A DNA stretch of 32,000 nucleotides from assembly GCA_018394295.1 (NCBI GenBank), contig CP074573.1, positions 1,587,156 through 1,619,155 on the forward strand, given 5' to 3'. The notes under the pieces were generated by a model, which saw only the letters and a program-made list of their open reading frames with translations, made no database searches and was not told where the DNA came from. Positions 1-10,069 of this stretch are shown piece by piece. The position numbers and the translations under genes are program-made. Numbering within the stretch: position 1 is the stretch's first letter; the number at the start of each line of letters is the position of its first letter. Source of the stretch: Mycoplasmatota bacterium (GTDB lineage: Bacteria > Bacillota_I > Bacilli_A > Haloplasmatales > Haloplasmataceae).

Positions 1-330
1 AGGTAAAATCGCAGCTCCTTCTACAATAATGGGTTTCTCACAATCTAATTTTTCAAGATCTTCTATGATCAAATTTAACTCTTCTTTATAATACAGCAAT
101 TCTTCATTTACTTGTGTATTAATATCTCTTGAAAAAATATCATCCCAACTAAGTTTAGATAATTTCGACATCATAGAGTAACCTCTTTTAGCTCCTTCTT
201 TCATATGTTGCTCATAATAATCATCAACCTTATAATAGTAAAAACCATATTTTTCAGCTAATTTTTCACTAATTGTACTTTTCCCACAACAAGGTGACCC
301 ACCGATAAAATACATGTTATTTAAATCCAT
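1..330 (-). CDS. P-loop NTPase/kinase-like protein; the 3' part of the gene lies outside the window
   Basis: ATG at 330 (cat 328-330). Translation MDLNNMYFIGGSPCCGKSTISEKLAEKYGFYYYKVDDYY... carries a Walker A motif (GxxxxGKS). The frame stays open to position 1. Confidence 0.6.
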   Translation of the reverse strand, partial: MDLNNMYFIGGSPCCGKSTISEKLAEKYGFYYYKVDDYYEQHMKEGAKRGYSMMSKLSKLSWDDIFSRDINTQVNEELLYYKEELNLIIEDLEKLDCEKPIIVEGAAILP

Positions 331-405
331 AGTCTTCTCCTAATATATCAATAGTTATTTATATGAAACCAAATATTACCTTATCTGTCAAGTCTTTATA
401 AAAGA

Positions 406-429
406 AAAGACCTAATATTTAAGGTCTTT
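406..429 (-). terminator. Rho-independent terminator after the M23 peptidase gene
   Basis: Stem aaagacc (406-412) pairs with ggtcttt (423-429). On the minus strand it is followed by a T-rich tract. It overlaps the stop codon at 428-430. Confidence 0.5.
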
Positions 430-1399
430 AATGTAATCGAATTCTTTTCCATTTTCTTAAATAAGAATAGGGATTAAAACTCCATTCTTTTCTACCATCA
501 TATTTATAAAAGCCAAAATGTAAATGAGGGGGAAATTTCCCGCTTGTTCCTTCTTTACCATATCCAGTAGAACCCACATAGCCAATTACTTGACCAGGTT
601 CCACAAAGTCACCTTCATTGATGTTCTTAGCATATCCTCGTAAATGAGCATAGAACTCATAAGTATTATAAATATCCCGTATTCCTATTCGATATCCTCC
701 ATATTTATTCCAACCTTTTATTTCTATTATTCCATAAGCAGTTGAAACAACTGGGGTACCGTAATGCGCAAATATATCAACTCCTTCATGCGCCCTTAGC
801 CCTCCATAAGACCTTGTCCCTCCATAATTATTGACCATACTTGCTTCATAACCTCTCGGAATTGGATGAACTCTCTTTGATAAGTCAATTGTTTGGTAGT
901 GCTGAAATAATTGAGCAATTTCAAATATAATCTTTACACCTTTTTCACTCTTATAATAATTTATTAGAGATTCTTTAATTTTATCCTCTGTAACACCATA
1001 TAAGTTAATATAATTAACCATCGCAGTTAATCTGTCATATGTATTTAAACGATTTGCAACTCCATCATTATCTCCATCAACACCCATGCCATTAAATAAT
1101 TCAATTCGATAAAGATTTGAGTCCTCTTTAATGGGATTATTGATCCCACTCCAAACTTTTGGTTCAAAACAGATTGAAATAACTTCATCTTCTTTAGGAC
1201 AATATGACCGATAGTTTTTTGTATTTCTTTCATATTGGTCAATCGCTGCTATCATATACCAAGGGATATCAGTGATTAAGGCATACTCTTTATATATATA
1301 TATTCTTTGATTCATTTGATTATCTTCTGCTTTTGTTTGACTTGATAGTCCAACAATCAATAAAAAAAGCATTGTAAAAAAGATTAATTTTACTTTCAT
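428..1399 (-). CDS. Secreted M23-family metallopeptidase (peptidoglycan endopeptidase-like)
   Basis: N-terminal signal peptide MKVKLIFFTMLFLLIVGLSS. M23 zinc motifs HEGVDI (HxxxD) and PHLHFGF (HxH). RBS ggagga lies upstream of the ATG. Confidence 0.85.
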   Translation of the reverse strand: MKVKLIFFTMLFLLIVGLSSQTKAEDNQMNQRIYIYKEYALITDIPWYMIAAIDQYERNTKNYRSYCPKEDEVISICFEPKVWSGINNPIKEDSNLYRIELFNGMGVDGDNDGVANRLNTYDRLTAMVNYINLYGVTEDKIKESLINYYKSEKGVKIIFEIAQLFQHYQTIDLSKRVHPIPRGYEASMVNNYGGTRSYGGLRAHEGVDIFAHYGTPVVSTAYGIIEIKGWNKYGGYRIGIRDIYNTYEFYAHLRGYAKNINEGDFVEPGQVIGYVGSTGYGKEGTSGKFPPHLHFGFYKYDGRKEWSFNPYSYLRKWKRIRLH

Positions 1400-1502
1400 G
1401 TTCTCCTCCGTTTAGGAATTTTATTCTACATTATTATTATGGAATATAAATTTTATAATAAACAAACTGGTATATAAAACATATTTTGGATAATATTTCA
1501 AT

Positions 1503-1524
1503 AAAAAAAGAGCCTAAGCTCTTT
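1503..1524 (-). terminator. Rho-independent terminator after mdh
   Basis: Stem aaagagc (1507-1513) pairs with gctcttt (1518-1524), loop ctaa. On the minus strand a U-run follows, from the A-run at 1503-1509. It overlaps the mdh stop codon. Confidence 0.65.
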
Positions 1525-2455
1525 TAGATTGTTCTATGATAGATAAAACAGAAGCTACTGATTTATCTAATAATAATTTTTCATTATTGGTTAAATCCAA
1601 CTCAATAACTTTCATTACACCATTCCCTCCAATTATTACTGGAACTCCTAAATAAATATCATCATATCCATATTCTCCCTCTAGATATGCTATCGCAGGA
1701 ATAATACGTCTTCGATCTTTAATAATTGCTTCTGTCATTTCTAAAAGGGCAGCACTAGGTGCATAATACGCACTACCATTTCCTAATAAATTAACGATTT
1801 CTCCGCCACCTTTTCTTGTTCTTTCAACAATTTCATTTAATTTTTGTTTTTCAATTAAATTTTCTAGTGGTATTCCACCAGCATAAGAATACCGAATAAG
1901 TGGTACCATATTATCTCCATGTCCACCTAAAACAACACCTGATACATCTTTAACAGAAATATTTAATTCATCAGCGACAAAACTTCTAAAACGAGCGGTA
2001 TCTAAAACACCAGATTGTCCTAAAATACGGTTTTTAGGGAAACCTGATGTTTTAAAAACCGTATAAGTCATTACATCAACTGGATTTGAGAGCACTATAA
2101 TTATACAGTTTGGCGAATATTTTATAATTTGTTTCGTCACACTTTTCATGATATGTGAATTTATCGATACTAATTCATCACGGCTCATCCCCGGCTTCCG
2201 TGGAATTCCAGCTGTAATTATGACAATATCTGAATCTAAAGTATCTTCATAATTTGAAGTACCCTTTACTTTTGTATCAAAACCTAATACTGGAGCAGCT
2301 TCACACATATCTAAAGCTTTTCCTTTAGTAGATTTTACTTTATCAGGTATGTCAACTAAAACAACATCCGCTAACTCTTTTTGTGCAATCATAAAAGCAG
2401 TCGTAGCACCAGTAAAACCAGCTCCAACAATAGAGACTTTTTTTCTTTTATTCAT
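1514..2455 (-). CDS. mdh: Malate dehydrogenase (LDH-like MDH family)
   Basis: 313 aa. The NAD-binding motif is [14 protein letters not shown]. Substrate-specificity Arg sits in [13 protein letters not shown], where lactate dehydrogenases have Gln. Near-colinear by eye with Bacillus-type Mdh ([34 protein letters not shown]). Confidence 0.93.
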   Translation of the reverse strand: MNKRKKVSIVGAGFTGATTAFMIAQKELADVVLVDIPDKVKSTKGKALDMCEAAPVLGFDTKVKGTSNYEDTLDSDIVIITAGIPRKPGMSRDELVSINSHIMKSVTKQIIKYSPNCIIIVLSNPVDVMTYTVFKTSGFPKNRILGQSGVLDTARFRSFVADELNISVKDVSGVVLGGHGDNMVPLIRYSYAGGIPLENLIEKQKLNEIVERTRKGGGEIVNLLGNGSAYYAPSAALLEMTEAIIKDRRRIIPAIAYLEGEYGYDDIYLGVPVIIGGNGVMKVIELDLTNNEKLLLDKSVASVLSIIEQSKRA

Positions 2456-2545
2456 ACCCTACTCCTTTATTTTCAATAAGCTATTTTTTACATTATAACT
2501 AATAATTCCATCTTTTTCTAGCGACTTCATAAAATATATTTAAAA

Positions 2546-2568
2546 GCCATAGATTTTTCATCTATGGC
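2546..2568 (-). terminator. Rho-independent terminator after the 2575-2997 gene
   Basis: Stem gccatagat (2546-2554) pairs with atctatggc (2560-2568), loop ttttc. The minus-strand transcript continues with ttttaaat. Confidence 0.55.
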
Positions 2569-2574
2569 ATAATT

Positions 2575-2997
2575 TTATAATGAGTGTAAGGTAGCATTAT
2601 TAAAACGATGAGGAATATTATGTTCTAAAATAATTTCATTTAAATCCTTAGCGTTTTCGAATTCAAATTGATTCACATTTGAAAAAGCACCTGATTTAAT
2701 TAACTTGTCAGCTAATATATATTTAACCAACTCGTTATCACTAGAAACTACTTTGTTTTCATCATGTCTTTGAACAATCTTGTTTTCTTCTTCAATATAC
2801 TTTAATCCACAGTTTTTTAAATAATGATTAATATCTAAATTATCACTTAAATTAATCGCTGTTACATTTAACACATAACCATCTTCTATATTACTAATAT
2901 GATATACTTCATAGATATCATCATTTATTTTTTTAACAAATCGATCATTAGCTGAATAATAAACCTTTGAATCCTTATTATATTCACGTACTTTCAT
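2575..2997 (-). CDS. Hypothetical cytoplasmic protein (140 aa)
   Basis: Clean ORF with RBS aaaggagagag upstream of the ATG at 2997. I recognise no motif. Confidence 0.6.
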   Translation of the reverse strand: MKVREYNKDSKVYYSANDRFVKKINDDIYEVYHISNIEDGYVLNVTAINLSDNLDINHYLKNCGLKYIEEENKIVQRHDENKVVSSDNELVKYILADKLIKSGAFSNVNQFEFENAKDLNEIILEHNIPHRFNNATLHSL

Positions 2998-3208
2998 GTC
3001 TCTCTCCTTTTCTTATATTATTTAATCTTATTTTTTGTATTTACTAATATACTATGCAAATCCACCTAAATTTTAATAAAAAATATAAAATTAATATATT
3101 CATTATTTTAGTAAACATCTCATCAAAAATTAAATAATTATTATTTACAATACTTTTCTATATTTTACTTATTAAAAAAATAATATAATTAAAAAATAAT
3201 TGAAAATA

Positions 3209-3237
3209 TTGACATATATATACAAAAAAATTAATAT
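3209..3237 (+). promoter_or_regulatory. Candidate sigma-A promoter for the 3286-3702 gene
   Basis: TTGACA (3209-3214), 17-nt spacer, TAATAT (3232-3237). Confidence 0.4.
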
Positions 3238-3285
3238 TATTGTAATAAACTATAGTAAATATGCAATTATAAAGGAGGATGTATC

Positions 3286-3702
3286 TTGAAAAAATTATTT
3301 CAAAAAGAATTAGCTATTTTTACTTCTTTTAAATCAATTCGATTACATGATTTAAATTTAGGTGGAGCATTATTAGCCCTCATTATAACTGTAGTAAATC
3401 TATTAACTAATAATATTAAGTGGACGCCTATTATTGGTGGTATTTTTAACACAACTTTAATTTTGATTTTATTAATTATCATTATTGTAAAATTAAAAAA
3501 TGAAATTAATAAACGAGACCTACAAGCATTTATATGTATTCAAACCAGTTTATTATTACTTAATATTTTATTAGAGTCTTTCTTCCCATTATCTATCCAT
3601 TTTTTGAAAGTATTTATTAGTTTATATGTAATATTTAATATATTTGTTTTTATACTTTATAGTGTATCAGAACCTGTACAAGAAGAAGAAATTACTGCTT
3701 AA
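3286..3702 (+). CDS. Hypothetical multi-pass membrane protein (138 aa)
   Basis: TTG start preceded by aaaggagga. Three or four hydrophobic segments. Followed by a terminator. Confidence 0.6.
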   Translation: MKKLFQKELAIFTSFKSIRLHDLNLGGALLALIITVVNLLTNNIKWTPIIGGIFNTTLILILLIIIIVKLKNEINKRDLQAFICIQTSLLLLNILLESFFPLSIHFLKVFISLYVIFNIFVFILYSVSEPVQEEEITA

Positions 3703-3711
3703 AGTAAAAAT

Positions 3712-3741
3712 CCTTTAGATAAAAAATCTAAAGGGTTTTTT
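3712..3741 (+). terminator. Rho-independent terminator
   Basis: Stem cctttagat (3712-3720) pairs with atctaaagg (3726-3734), then a T-run at 3736-3741. Confidence 0.7.
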
Positions 3742-3812
3742 ATTTTTTAAAACCATATGTCCAATCTTAACCTATCAATATGCTAAGGGTAGATGAATAA
3801 CAAGTTTGAATA

Positions 3813-3841
3813 AAAGCGCAAGACAATTATTCTTGCGCTTT
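3813..3841. terminator. GC-containing hairpin, probably a bidirectional terminator
   Basis: Stem aaagcgcaaga (3813-3823) pairs with tcttgcgcttt (3831-3841). A/T runs lie on both sides. Confidence 0.55.
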
Positions 3842-3855
3842 AATTATTTTAAAGG

Positions 3856-4197
3856 TTATGCAATTAATTCAAAATATAACATATAATTGCCATAATCACT
3901 ACCATAATCCGATACTTTAAGATAATAAAGACCTGGATTTAAAGTAATTTCGATAAAGAAATCCATTCCATAATTTGTATCATCACTCATATGAATTTCA
4001 TTCCCTGAACTATCATATAAATACCCAATTGTATCTAAATTAGATACAGTGTATAAAGCAATCGTAGTTGTTTCTGTTATTGTGAAATTAAAATAATCAA
4101 TATCACCAGATGGAGAAATCATCCCATTATATACGGAAGTAGTAAGATTTTCTGTTGATGTATCAAATGTATCGCCATGATCATCAGGAATTATATC
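3856..4197 (-). pseudogene. C-terminal remnant of a secreted protein carrying a pre-peptidase C-terminal (PPC) type domain; the N-terminal part is missing
   Basis: The minus-strand frame reads ...IIPDDHGDTFDTSTENLTTSVYNGMISPSGDIDYFNFTITETTTIALYTVSNLDTIGYLYDSSGNEIHMSDDTNYGMDFFIEITLNPGLYYLKVSDYGSDYGNYMLYFELIA*. The DDHG..T...G.I....D.DYF.F....G.YY..V pattern is typical of PPC domains. No credible start, RBS or signal peptide. The frame runs straight into the transposase remnant. Confidence 0.6.
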
Positions 4198-4780
4198 ACA
4201 GAAAATATGGTCTGAACAATCTGCTCAACACGCTAGTGAATTAGTTAAAAGAGCAGTATTAGCAGAAAATATACTTTTACATAAAAAACCTTTAGTGCTT
4301 CATTCTGACAATGGAAGTCCGATGAAAGGAGCCACTCTTTTAGAGACCCTTTATCAACTAGGTATTACTCCATCAAATAGTAGACCTAGAGTAAGTAATG
4401 ATAATCCTTATGCGGAGTCTATATTTAAAACATTCAAATATTGTCCAGGTTACCCAGATAAGGGCTTTGAGACTATTAAACAAGCAAGAACTTGGACATT
4501 ACAGTTTATAAACTGGTATAACTATGAACATCTTCATAGTGGGATAAAATATTTAACTCCACACCAAAGGCATTCCGGTTTATCTAATAAAATATTAAAA
4601 AAGCGAATTAAAGTCTATGAACAAGCACAACTTAAACACCCAGAAAGATGGTCGAGAAACATAAGAAATTGGAGTGTGGAAAACATTGTTTGGTTAAACC
4701 CAGAAAAATCATCAATTTTGAAAAAAGAAGAAACAAAATCTTCTTAAAAAAATTAAAAATATGCGACAACTACCTTGACA
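4198..4780 (+). pseudogene. 5'-truncated DDE (rve-type, IS3-superfamily-like) transposase remnant with a probable right IS end
   Basis: The frame is open from 4181 and reads ...WSEQSAQHASELVKRAVLAENILLHKKPLVLHSDNGSPMKGATLL...SRPRVSNDNPYAESIFKTFKY...WYNYEHLHSGIKYLTP. Only the second D (HSDNG) and the E (PYAES) of the DDE triad are present. The first D and the whole N-terminal DNA-binding part are absent. A possible terminal sequence ...ccttgaca ends at 4780. Confidence 0.7.
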
Positions 4781-4966
4781 TTAAGCGCTATATAAATTAT
4801 ATATTTTCTAATAACTGTAATATGTCGAAAAATGAGTTTAACTATCAATATATAATTAGTTTTTATTAAATATATTTAGATAAATCCGTTTTTAATCATT
4901 TCATCTTCTGATTATTTTGTCAGAGAGTAACTATATAATTTGATAATAAAAAAAGAGAAGAACTTA

Positions 4967-6452
4967 TGAACTTATACCTGTCAAGTAGACAGAAACAAAA
5001 AAGTTAATATATTAATATTTTATGCTGCTAGTAGATGGCTTCTGTATTGCGCAGGGGCCATCTTTTTTAATGTCCATTGATAACGCTTATGATTATAATA
5101 ATTCATATAATCATTTAATATAAACCTCAATGATTTAATATCAGTAGCATCATAATACTCACACTCGTCTTTGAAATGTCCAAAAAATGTCTCCATTTTT
5201 GCGTTATCTAGACAATTACCTTTACGTGACATAGATTGAATAATATTTAATTCCTTTAGTTTATTTACATACATTGAATTAGTATAATGTAAACCCTGGT
5301 CTGAATGGATTAAGGTATTTTTTAGATTTTCTTCTCCATATCTTTCAACAAGTTGATTAATTACATCTAACGATAAATCTAGACTTAGATTTTGAGATAC
5401 TTTCCAAGCTACAATTTCACGTGTACAAAGATCCTTAATTACAGATAAATAATATCGATAACCATTAAAAATTAAGTATGTGATATCAGTCGCGAATACT
5501 GTACCAGGTTCATCAACATCAAAATTTCTATCTAATACATTTTCAAATGTATGATGATTTTTATATGAGTCTTTTAAATGTTTATAGGGATTTTTAATCC
5601 TTACTGTAGAACGTATACCATTCTTTTTCATTAAACGATAAACTTTTTTAGGGTTCATTACTACACCTAAATCATTTCTTAGATGCATTGTAATTCTTTG
5701 ATATCCAAATTCTTTATTTTTTACCCACAAATCACTTATTAATTTAAAATCTGATTTGTCTTGTAACTCTCTTTGTCTTCTCTTGTTAGCAGATTTAATC
5801 CATTTATAATAACCAGATCTTGATACATTAAAATATTTACATAATGTTTGTATTGGTACATTAATTTTAGTTTTTAAATCATCGATAAATTGAAATACTA
5901 ATTGAGTTGGAACATATTTATTTTCTTTTATTTTCACCTTCCTTCCTTGCCATAATTGCTTTTTTAATGCTTCAATCTCCTGCCTTTGCGCTTCTATTAT
6001 TTTCTCCTGTATTAATACTTTTTCATCAGCTGTTATTGCTTCTTTCTTTGGTCTTCCTGATTTACCATTTATATTACGACCTCTTGATTCATTAAAAAAT
6101 GATTCTTTTCCCTTTTCTTCATATTGTTTAGTCCAGTTTGTTATGTAAGTATTACTTTTAGGTTCTTTATAGGGTAATCCATGACTTTCAAATATTTCTC
6201 TTATAGATACTCCCTTTTTCTTTAACTCAACTGCTTTAATTTTAAATTCAGGTGCATATTGGATTGTCTTACCAACTTTCCTAACATAGGGATTCTTTTC
6301 TAATTCATCTCTATGTTTTTTTATATAATCTTTAATTCTTAATTTCTTCTTCATTAGTACATCTCCCTTAGTTATCTAAATTTATTATAAAATAAAATAC
6401 CTACATAGCCAACACCTTTTTATTTAGTGTCTACTATATAGGTATAATATCA
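4967..6452 (-). mobile_element. Complete IS3-family (IS150-group-like) insertion sequence, 1486 bp
   Basis: Terminal inverted repeats: tgaacttatacctgtcaagtagacagaaacaaaaaag from 4967, versus the reverse complement of the right end, tgatattatacctatatagtagacactaaataaaaag, ending at 6452. About 27 of 38 positions match, with TG...CA termini. Flanked by the 4-bp direct repeat CTTA (4963-4966 and 6453-6456). Confidence 0.85.
5020..6354 (-). CDS. IS3-family transposase encoded as one continuous 444-aa ORF (HTH region plus rve DDE domain)
   Basis: N-terminal HTH and leucine-zipper-like region (EIEALKKQL). DDE core with DITY..., IHSDQGLHYT and NCLDNAKMETFFGHFK. RBS aagggaga lies upstream of the ATG at 6354. 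Confidence 0.9.
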   Translation of the reverse strand: MKKKLRIKDYIKKHRDELEKNPYVRKVGKTIQYAPEFKIKAVELKKKGVSIREIFESHGLPYKEPKSNTYITNWTKQYEEKGKESFFNESRGRNINGKSGRPKKEAITADEKVLIQEKIIEAQRQEIEALKKQLWQGRKVKIKENKYVPTQLVFQFIDDLKTKINVPIQTLCKYFNVSRSGYYKWIKSANKRRQRELQDKSDFKLISDLWVKNKEFGYQRITMHLRNDLGVVMNPKKVYRLMKKNGIRSTVRIKNPYKHLKDSYKNHHTFENVLDRNFDVDEPGTVFATDITYLIFNGYRYYLSVIKDLCTREIVAWKVSQNLSLDLSLDVINQLVERYGEENLKNTLIHSDQGLHYTNSMYVNKLKELNIIQSMSRKGNCLDNAKMETFFGHFKDECEYYDATDIKSLRFILNDYMNYYNHKRYQWTLKKMAPAQYRSHLLAA

Positions 6453-6481
6453 CTTAATCTTCTCTAAATGTATTTATTTAC

Positions 6482-7693
6482 TTAATTATTTATGGTTTTT
6501 TCTTTTACAACATAAACATAATGTTTCCATATATTGGCGAATTGATCTAATTTATATAAACGATTTACCTTGTCATCAGATCTTGCTGCTGGGTCATTAA
6601 CAATAACATAGTCAATACCGTCAACTTCTTTAAACCCTCGGACAACAAGTAAGTGACCACCAGGATAAGTCATAACACTTTCCCCATCACTTTTTAATGG
6701 TAACCCGTCTAACTGTGATGAATCTTTAACCGTAACGGATACAGCAACTGGATTTCCTTTCGCAATTAGGAGCTTTAACTCATCAATACTTGAAAGTCTT
6801 GACACATACCCTTCTAAATCTAAAGCACCAGCTACAGCTACATTATAACTCCAATTTCCATAGATATTAGCGCCAATATCTTTTGCTTTTGCAGCGGTTT
6901 CACTTGGCGTATAATCAATACCATAATAATTTAGTAACATCGTTAAAGATGTTGGACTACAAATAATATTTCCAATAGTTGGTACAATCATTTGTGAATG
7001 AACAGGTACTTCAATATCTGTTTTCCAATTCAATTCTGTTAAATCAATTGTTTCAATCACATCATTCGTAAATTTCATTGTTGCAGCAACTAATTTCAAT
7101 TGAGGGCTCTCATCTTCTGCTTTCTTTCTTGTTAAACTAATTTGATATTTAAAAGCATCAGCACCTAAACTATTTTTAAGTTTAATAGTATCAATTGACA
7201 TTCTTGCAATATCATCTTGTTGATTTGATATACTTCCATTATATTTACCAAATCCCCATCTACCATAAGTAAACCATTGTGACCATTCATTATTTTGTCT
7301 CACTTGAATTTTCAATTCAATATTTGATTTACCTGGAGTTATTGCATTCCAAGAACCTACTAATTCATCAAATGTTTTAGTATTAATAATAGGAGAAGTA
7401 TAAGTTCCTGTTAAACTTCCTTCTTTTAATATTAAACTCCCTGAATCGTAATATAGGTCTCCCAATATACCTTGAACTAGATTTTCTGTTACGTGAACAA
7501 TGGTATGTTCTTCATAAGTGAGATATTCAACGTTTTCACCTAGATAAGGCTCTGGCTCCGTAGTGACCATTTTTTCTGTAGTTGTCTCAGCAATTTTTTC
7601 TGTAGTATTCTCTTTCGATTGTTCTTCTTTTTTACATGCATTCAAACTCATGACTATCATCACTCCAATTATAAAAACTAGTAATTTTTTCAT
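6482..7693 (-). CDS. Lipoprotein with a C-terminal peptidase C39-like (papain-fold) domain
   Basis: Lipobox VMSLNAC. C-terminal region with a candidate catalytic Cys (NIICSPTSLTMLLNYYGI) and His (GGHLLVVRGF), as in C39-like/YvpB-type domains. Confidence 0.6.
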   Translation of the reverse strand: MKKLLVFIIGVMIVMSLNACKKEEQSKENTTEKIAETTTEKMVTTEPEPYLGENVEYLTYEEHTIVHVTENLVQGILGDLYYDSGSLILKEGSLTGTYTSPIINTKTFDELVGSWNAITPGKSNIELKIQVRQNNEWSQWFTYGRWGFGKYNGSISNQQDDIARMSIDTIKLKNSLGADAFKYQISLTRKKAEDESPQLKLVAATMKFTNDVIETIDLTELNWKTDIEVPVHSQMIVPTIGNIICSPTSLTMLLNYYGIDYTPSETAAKAKDIGANIYGNWSYNVAVAGALDLEGYVSRLSSIDELKLLIAKGNPVAVSVTVKDSSQLDGLPLKSDGESVMTYPGGHLLVVRGFKEVDGIDYVIVNDPAARSDDKVNRLYKLDQFANIWKHYVYVVKEKTINN

Positions 7694-7917
7694 AATGCCT
7701 CCAATTAAACTAATAAATTATAATGATTATTTATTCAATTCTACAACATATTTAAAATAAAAAAATATACTGATCTTTATTAATCCCCTATTCTTTTATC
7801 TCAATTCAATATTATCACAAAATATTTCTCATGTAAAATAACTTATGGAATTTATTTCCATTATTTCTATTCTTTTAGCGAATTTATTTTCATATACTCA
7901 TCTTCACTTTAATATAT

Positions 7918-9969
7918 TTATTTTGCTTCTCTTTTTAAAGTGGTTCTCTGAATTACTTTATCAAATAAAATTAGTAGTTGAGGTAATATCAACAATGATA
8001 ATACACCACTGATAATTGTTCCTCGACTAATTAACAATCCGAGTTCCTTAATTAAATCCATTTCCATTATAAGAGCTAATGATAATCCAGCTACTACTAA
8101 AGCCATCATAGATATAATTATAGATTGTGATGAATTCTTAAAAGCTATCTTAGCTGCTTTTTTTGGATTATGAAGTTTTCGTTCTTCTTCATAATTTTCT
8201 GTAATGATAATCGCATAATCAATTGTTGCACCTAATTGTATTGAACTAATTAGAATATAACCTAAGAAAGAAAGTGTAACCCCTTGATAATGAGGAATAG
8301 CCATATTAATCCATATCGCAGTTTGTATTACTAATAATAATAAGATTGGAATCGTAATTGATTTAAAGGTGAATAAAATGATTAACCCAACAGCAACAAT
8401 TGAAATGATGATAACTGCTAAATAATCTCTCTCAACATTATTTTTTACATCATATATTACTGATGATTCTCCTACTAAATATGATTCATCAAAGAATTGA
8501 TTAGCACCTTCTCTAATATTTTCAATTGCTTCGAAGGTTGTTTTTGATTCTTTCTCTAAATCCATGGTAATCATAATGAGTGAATAGTTTTCACTTATAA
8601 ATTGTTGCTTTACAGATTCTGGTATAAAATCATCTGGTGTATTAGGTCCAATAAATGTATTTACAAATAAATTTAAATTAGAAACAGATTTAACATTTTC
8701 TAATTGTGTAATTGTACCTATTAGTTCCATTTCATTTTCTTTTTGTCCTTTCGGGACAATTAACACAAACTGGTTATTTTCACCAAATTTTTCAACTATT
8801 TCATTCTCAATCTCAGTATATTCTACTTGGTTATCTGAATATGTAAATTCATTTTGCGACTGACCATAATAACCAATGACAGTTAATGTTATTAGCAGGA
8901 ATAACATAATGATTGAAACTTTTCCATTAATTATTTTACTTAACCAATTAATTGAAGGTAGCCAAGGTCTATGTTTCGTTTTATCAACCCACTTTATACT
9001 TATCTTCATTAATGCTGGTAATAAGATATTAACAGAAATTAAACTAAACAATACCCCTTTTGCTAAAACAAAACCAAGTTCCGCTCCTATTTGATAACTC
9101 ATCACACCAAGTGCTAGAAAACCTGCAATGGTTGTTGTAGCACCAGCTAATATGGTTCTAAATGATGTTTTAGTCGCAACATTGATTGCTTCTTCAATTG
9201 TATCAAATTTTTCTCTTGCAGCTTTAAGATTTTTCATAAATATTAATGAGTAATCGATAGATACTGCTAATTGTATAACTGCTGCAGCAATATAAGAAAT
9301 ATCAGATATTTCACCAAATACAATATTTGTACCTAGGTTTAATACTATCGCAACCCCTAGCGTGATTAACATTAAAATTGATGAGAAAAATGACTCCGTA
9401 AATAAAATGATAATAATAATCATTAGAATAATTGCGATAATTGTTGCTGTGTTCCCCACTTCCATGACACTTCTTGAAGTAAATCCAACCCCAGCCCCAT
9501 CATCTTCTAATAAATCATTGATTGAGTTAATCGCTTCTTTTGATAAATCACTATCAACATCTTCTATAAATGTTATATCTAATAATGCATCTATCCCATT
9601 TAAATAATTTCTTGCTATTTCAACTGGAATATATTCAATTGGTGTTTGTGTTAAATCAACGATATCATCAAGCCATATTACCTTTCCAATCCCATTTATT
9701 TGCGCAATTTGATTTTTTATAACTAATATTTCATCTATTTGTTTATTTTTAACAAGTACTTTCGCGTTTCTATTTAGTTTTACACTTGAAAATTCAGTTT
9801 CTAAAATCACAATACCTTTTTTCGTTTCAGACTGTTCTGATAAATAATCTGCTTTATTATCATTAATTCCAACTTTCGGAATCAATAATAAAGCACCAAT
9901 AAATAAGAGTAAAAAAATAGTGAGTACAATCTTTGATCTTTTTGTAATTAATTGAGAAAAGACTTTCAC
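7918..9969 (-). CDS. MMPL/RND-superfamily membrane transporter (683 aa)
   Basis: Duplicated architecture: one TM, a large extracytoplasmic loop, then five TMs, twice. Diverges from a TetR-family gene. Confidence 0.75.
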   Translation of the reverse strand: MKVFSQLITKRSKIVLTIFLLLFIGALLLIPKVGINDNKADYLSEQSETKKGIVILETEFSSVKLNRNAKVLVKNKQIDEILVIKNQIAQINGIGKVIWLDDIVDLTQTPIEYIPVEIARNYLNGIDALLDITFIEDVDSDLSKEAINSINDLLEDDGAGVGFTSRSVMEVGNTATIIAIILMIIIIILFTESFFSSILMLITLGVAIVLNLGTNIVFGEISDISYIAAAVIQLAVSIDYSLIFMKNLKAAREKFDTIEEAINVATKTSFRTILAGATTTIAGFLALGVMSYQIGAELGFVLAKGVLFSLISVNILLPALMKISIKWVDKTKHRPWLPSINWLSKIINGKVSIIMLFLLITLTVIGYYGQSQNEFTYSDNQVEYTEIENEIVEKFGENNQFVLIVPKGQKENEMELIGTITQLENVKSVSNLNLFVNTFIGPNTPDDFIPESVKQQFISENYSLIMITMDLEKESKTTFEAIENIREGANQFFDESYLVGESSVIYDVKNNVERDYLAVIIISIVAVGLIILFTFKSITIPILLLLVIQTAIWINMAIPHYQGVTLSFLGYILISSIQLGATIDYAIIITENYEEERKLHNPKKAAKIAFKNSSQSIIISMMALVVAGLSLALIMEMDLIKELGLLISRGTIISGVLSLLILPQLLILFDKVIQRTTLKREAK

Positions 9970-10069
9970 AATAATTCACCTCTATCCTTTTTTTCTTGTC
10001 ACACTACATTATATATATTATAATTAGGAAAAAGACTAGTCAACTAACCAAAACTTTTTTGAAACAGAG

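Noticed and set aside
1045-1242. 65-aa ORF inside the M23 peptidase gene on the same strand. The same category covers the short ORFs at 3300-3482, 5907-6095, 7563-7760, 8876-9094, 9362-9607, 11329-11553, 15029-15283, 16008-16205, 23651-23920, 24317-24508, 27318-27563, 27902-28147 and 28691-29083.
   Set aside because: All are fully or largely nested in, or antisense to, well-supported longer genes. They lack Shine-Dalgarno sequences and have low-complexity translations typical of AT-rich shadow frames.
4648-4869. 73-aa ORF spanning the end of the transposase remnant
   Set aside because: It overlaps the 3' end of the remnant frame and runs into the AT-rich spacer. It has no RBS and a low-complexity product.
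7840-7862. Hairpin atggaa-tttat-ttccat downstream of the MMPL gene, considered as its terminator
   Set aside because: The stem is only 6 bp and AT-rich with a weak U-tract. It is too marginal to annotate.
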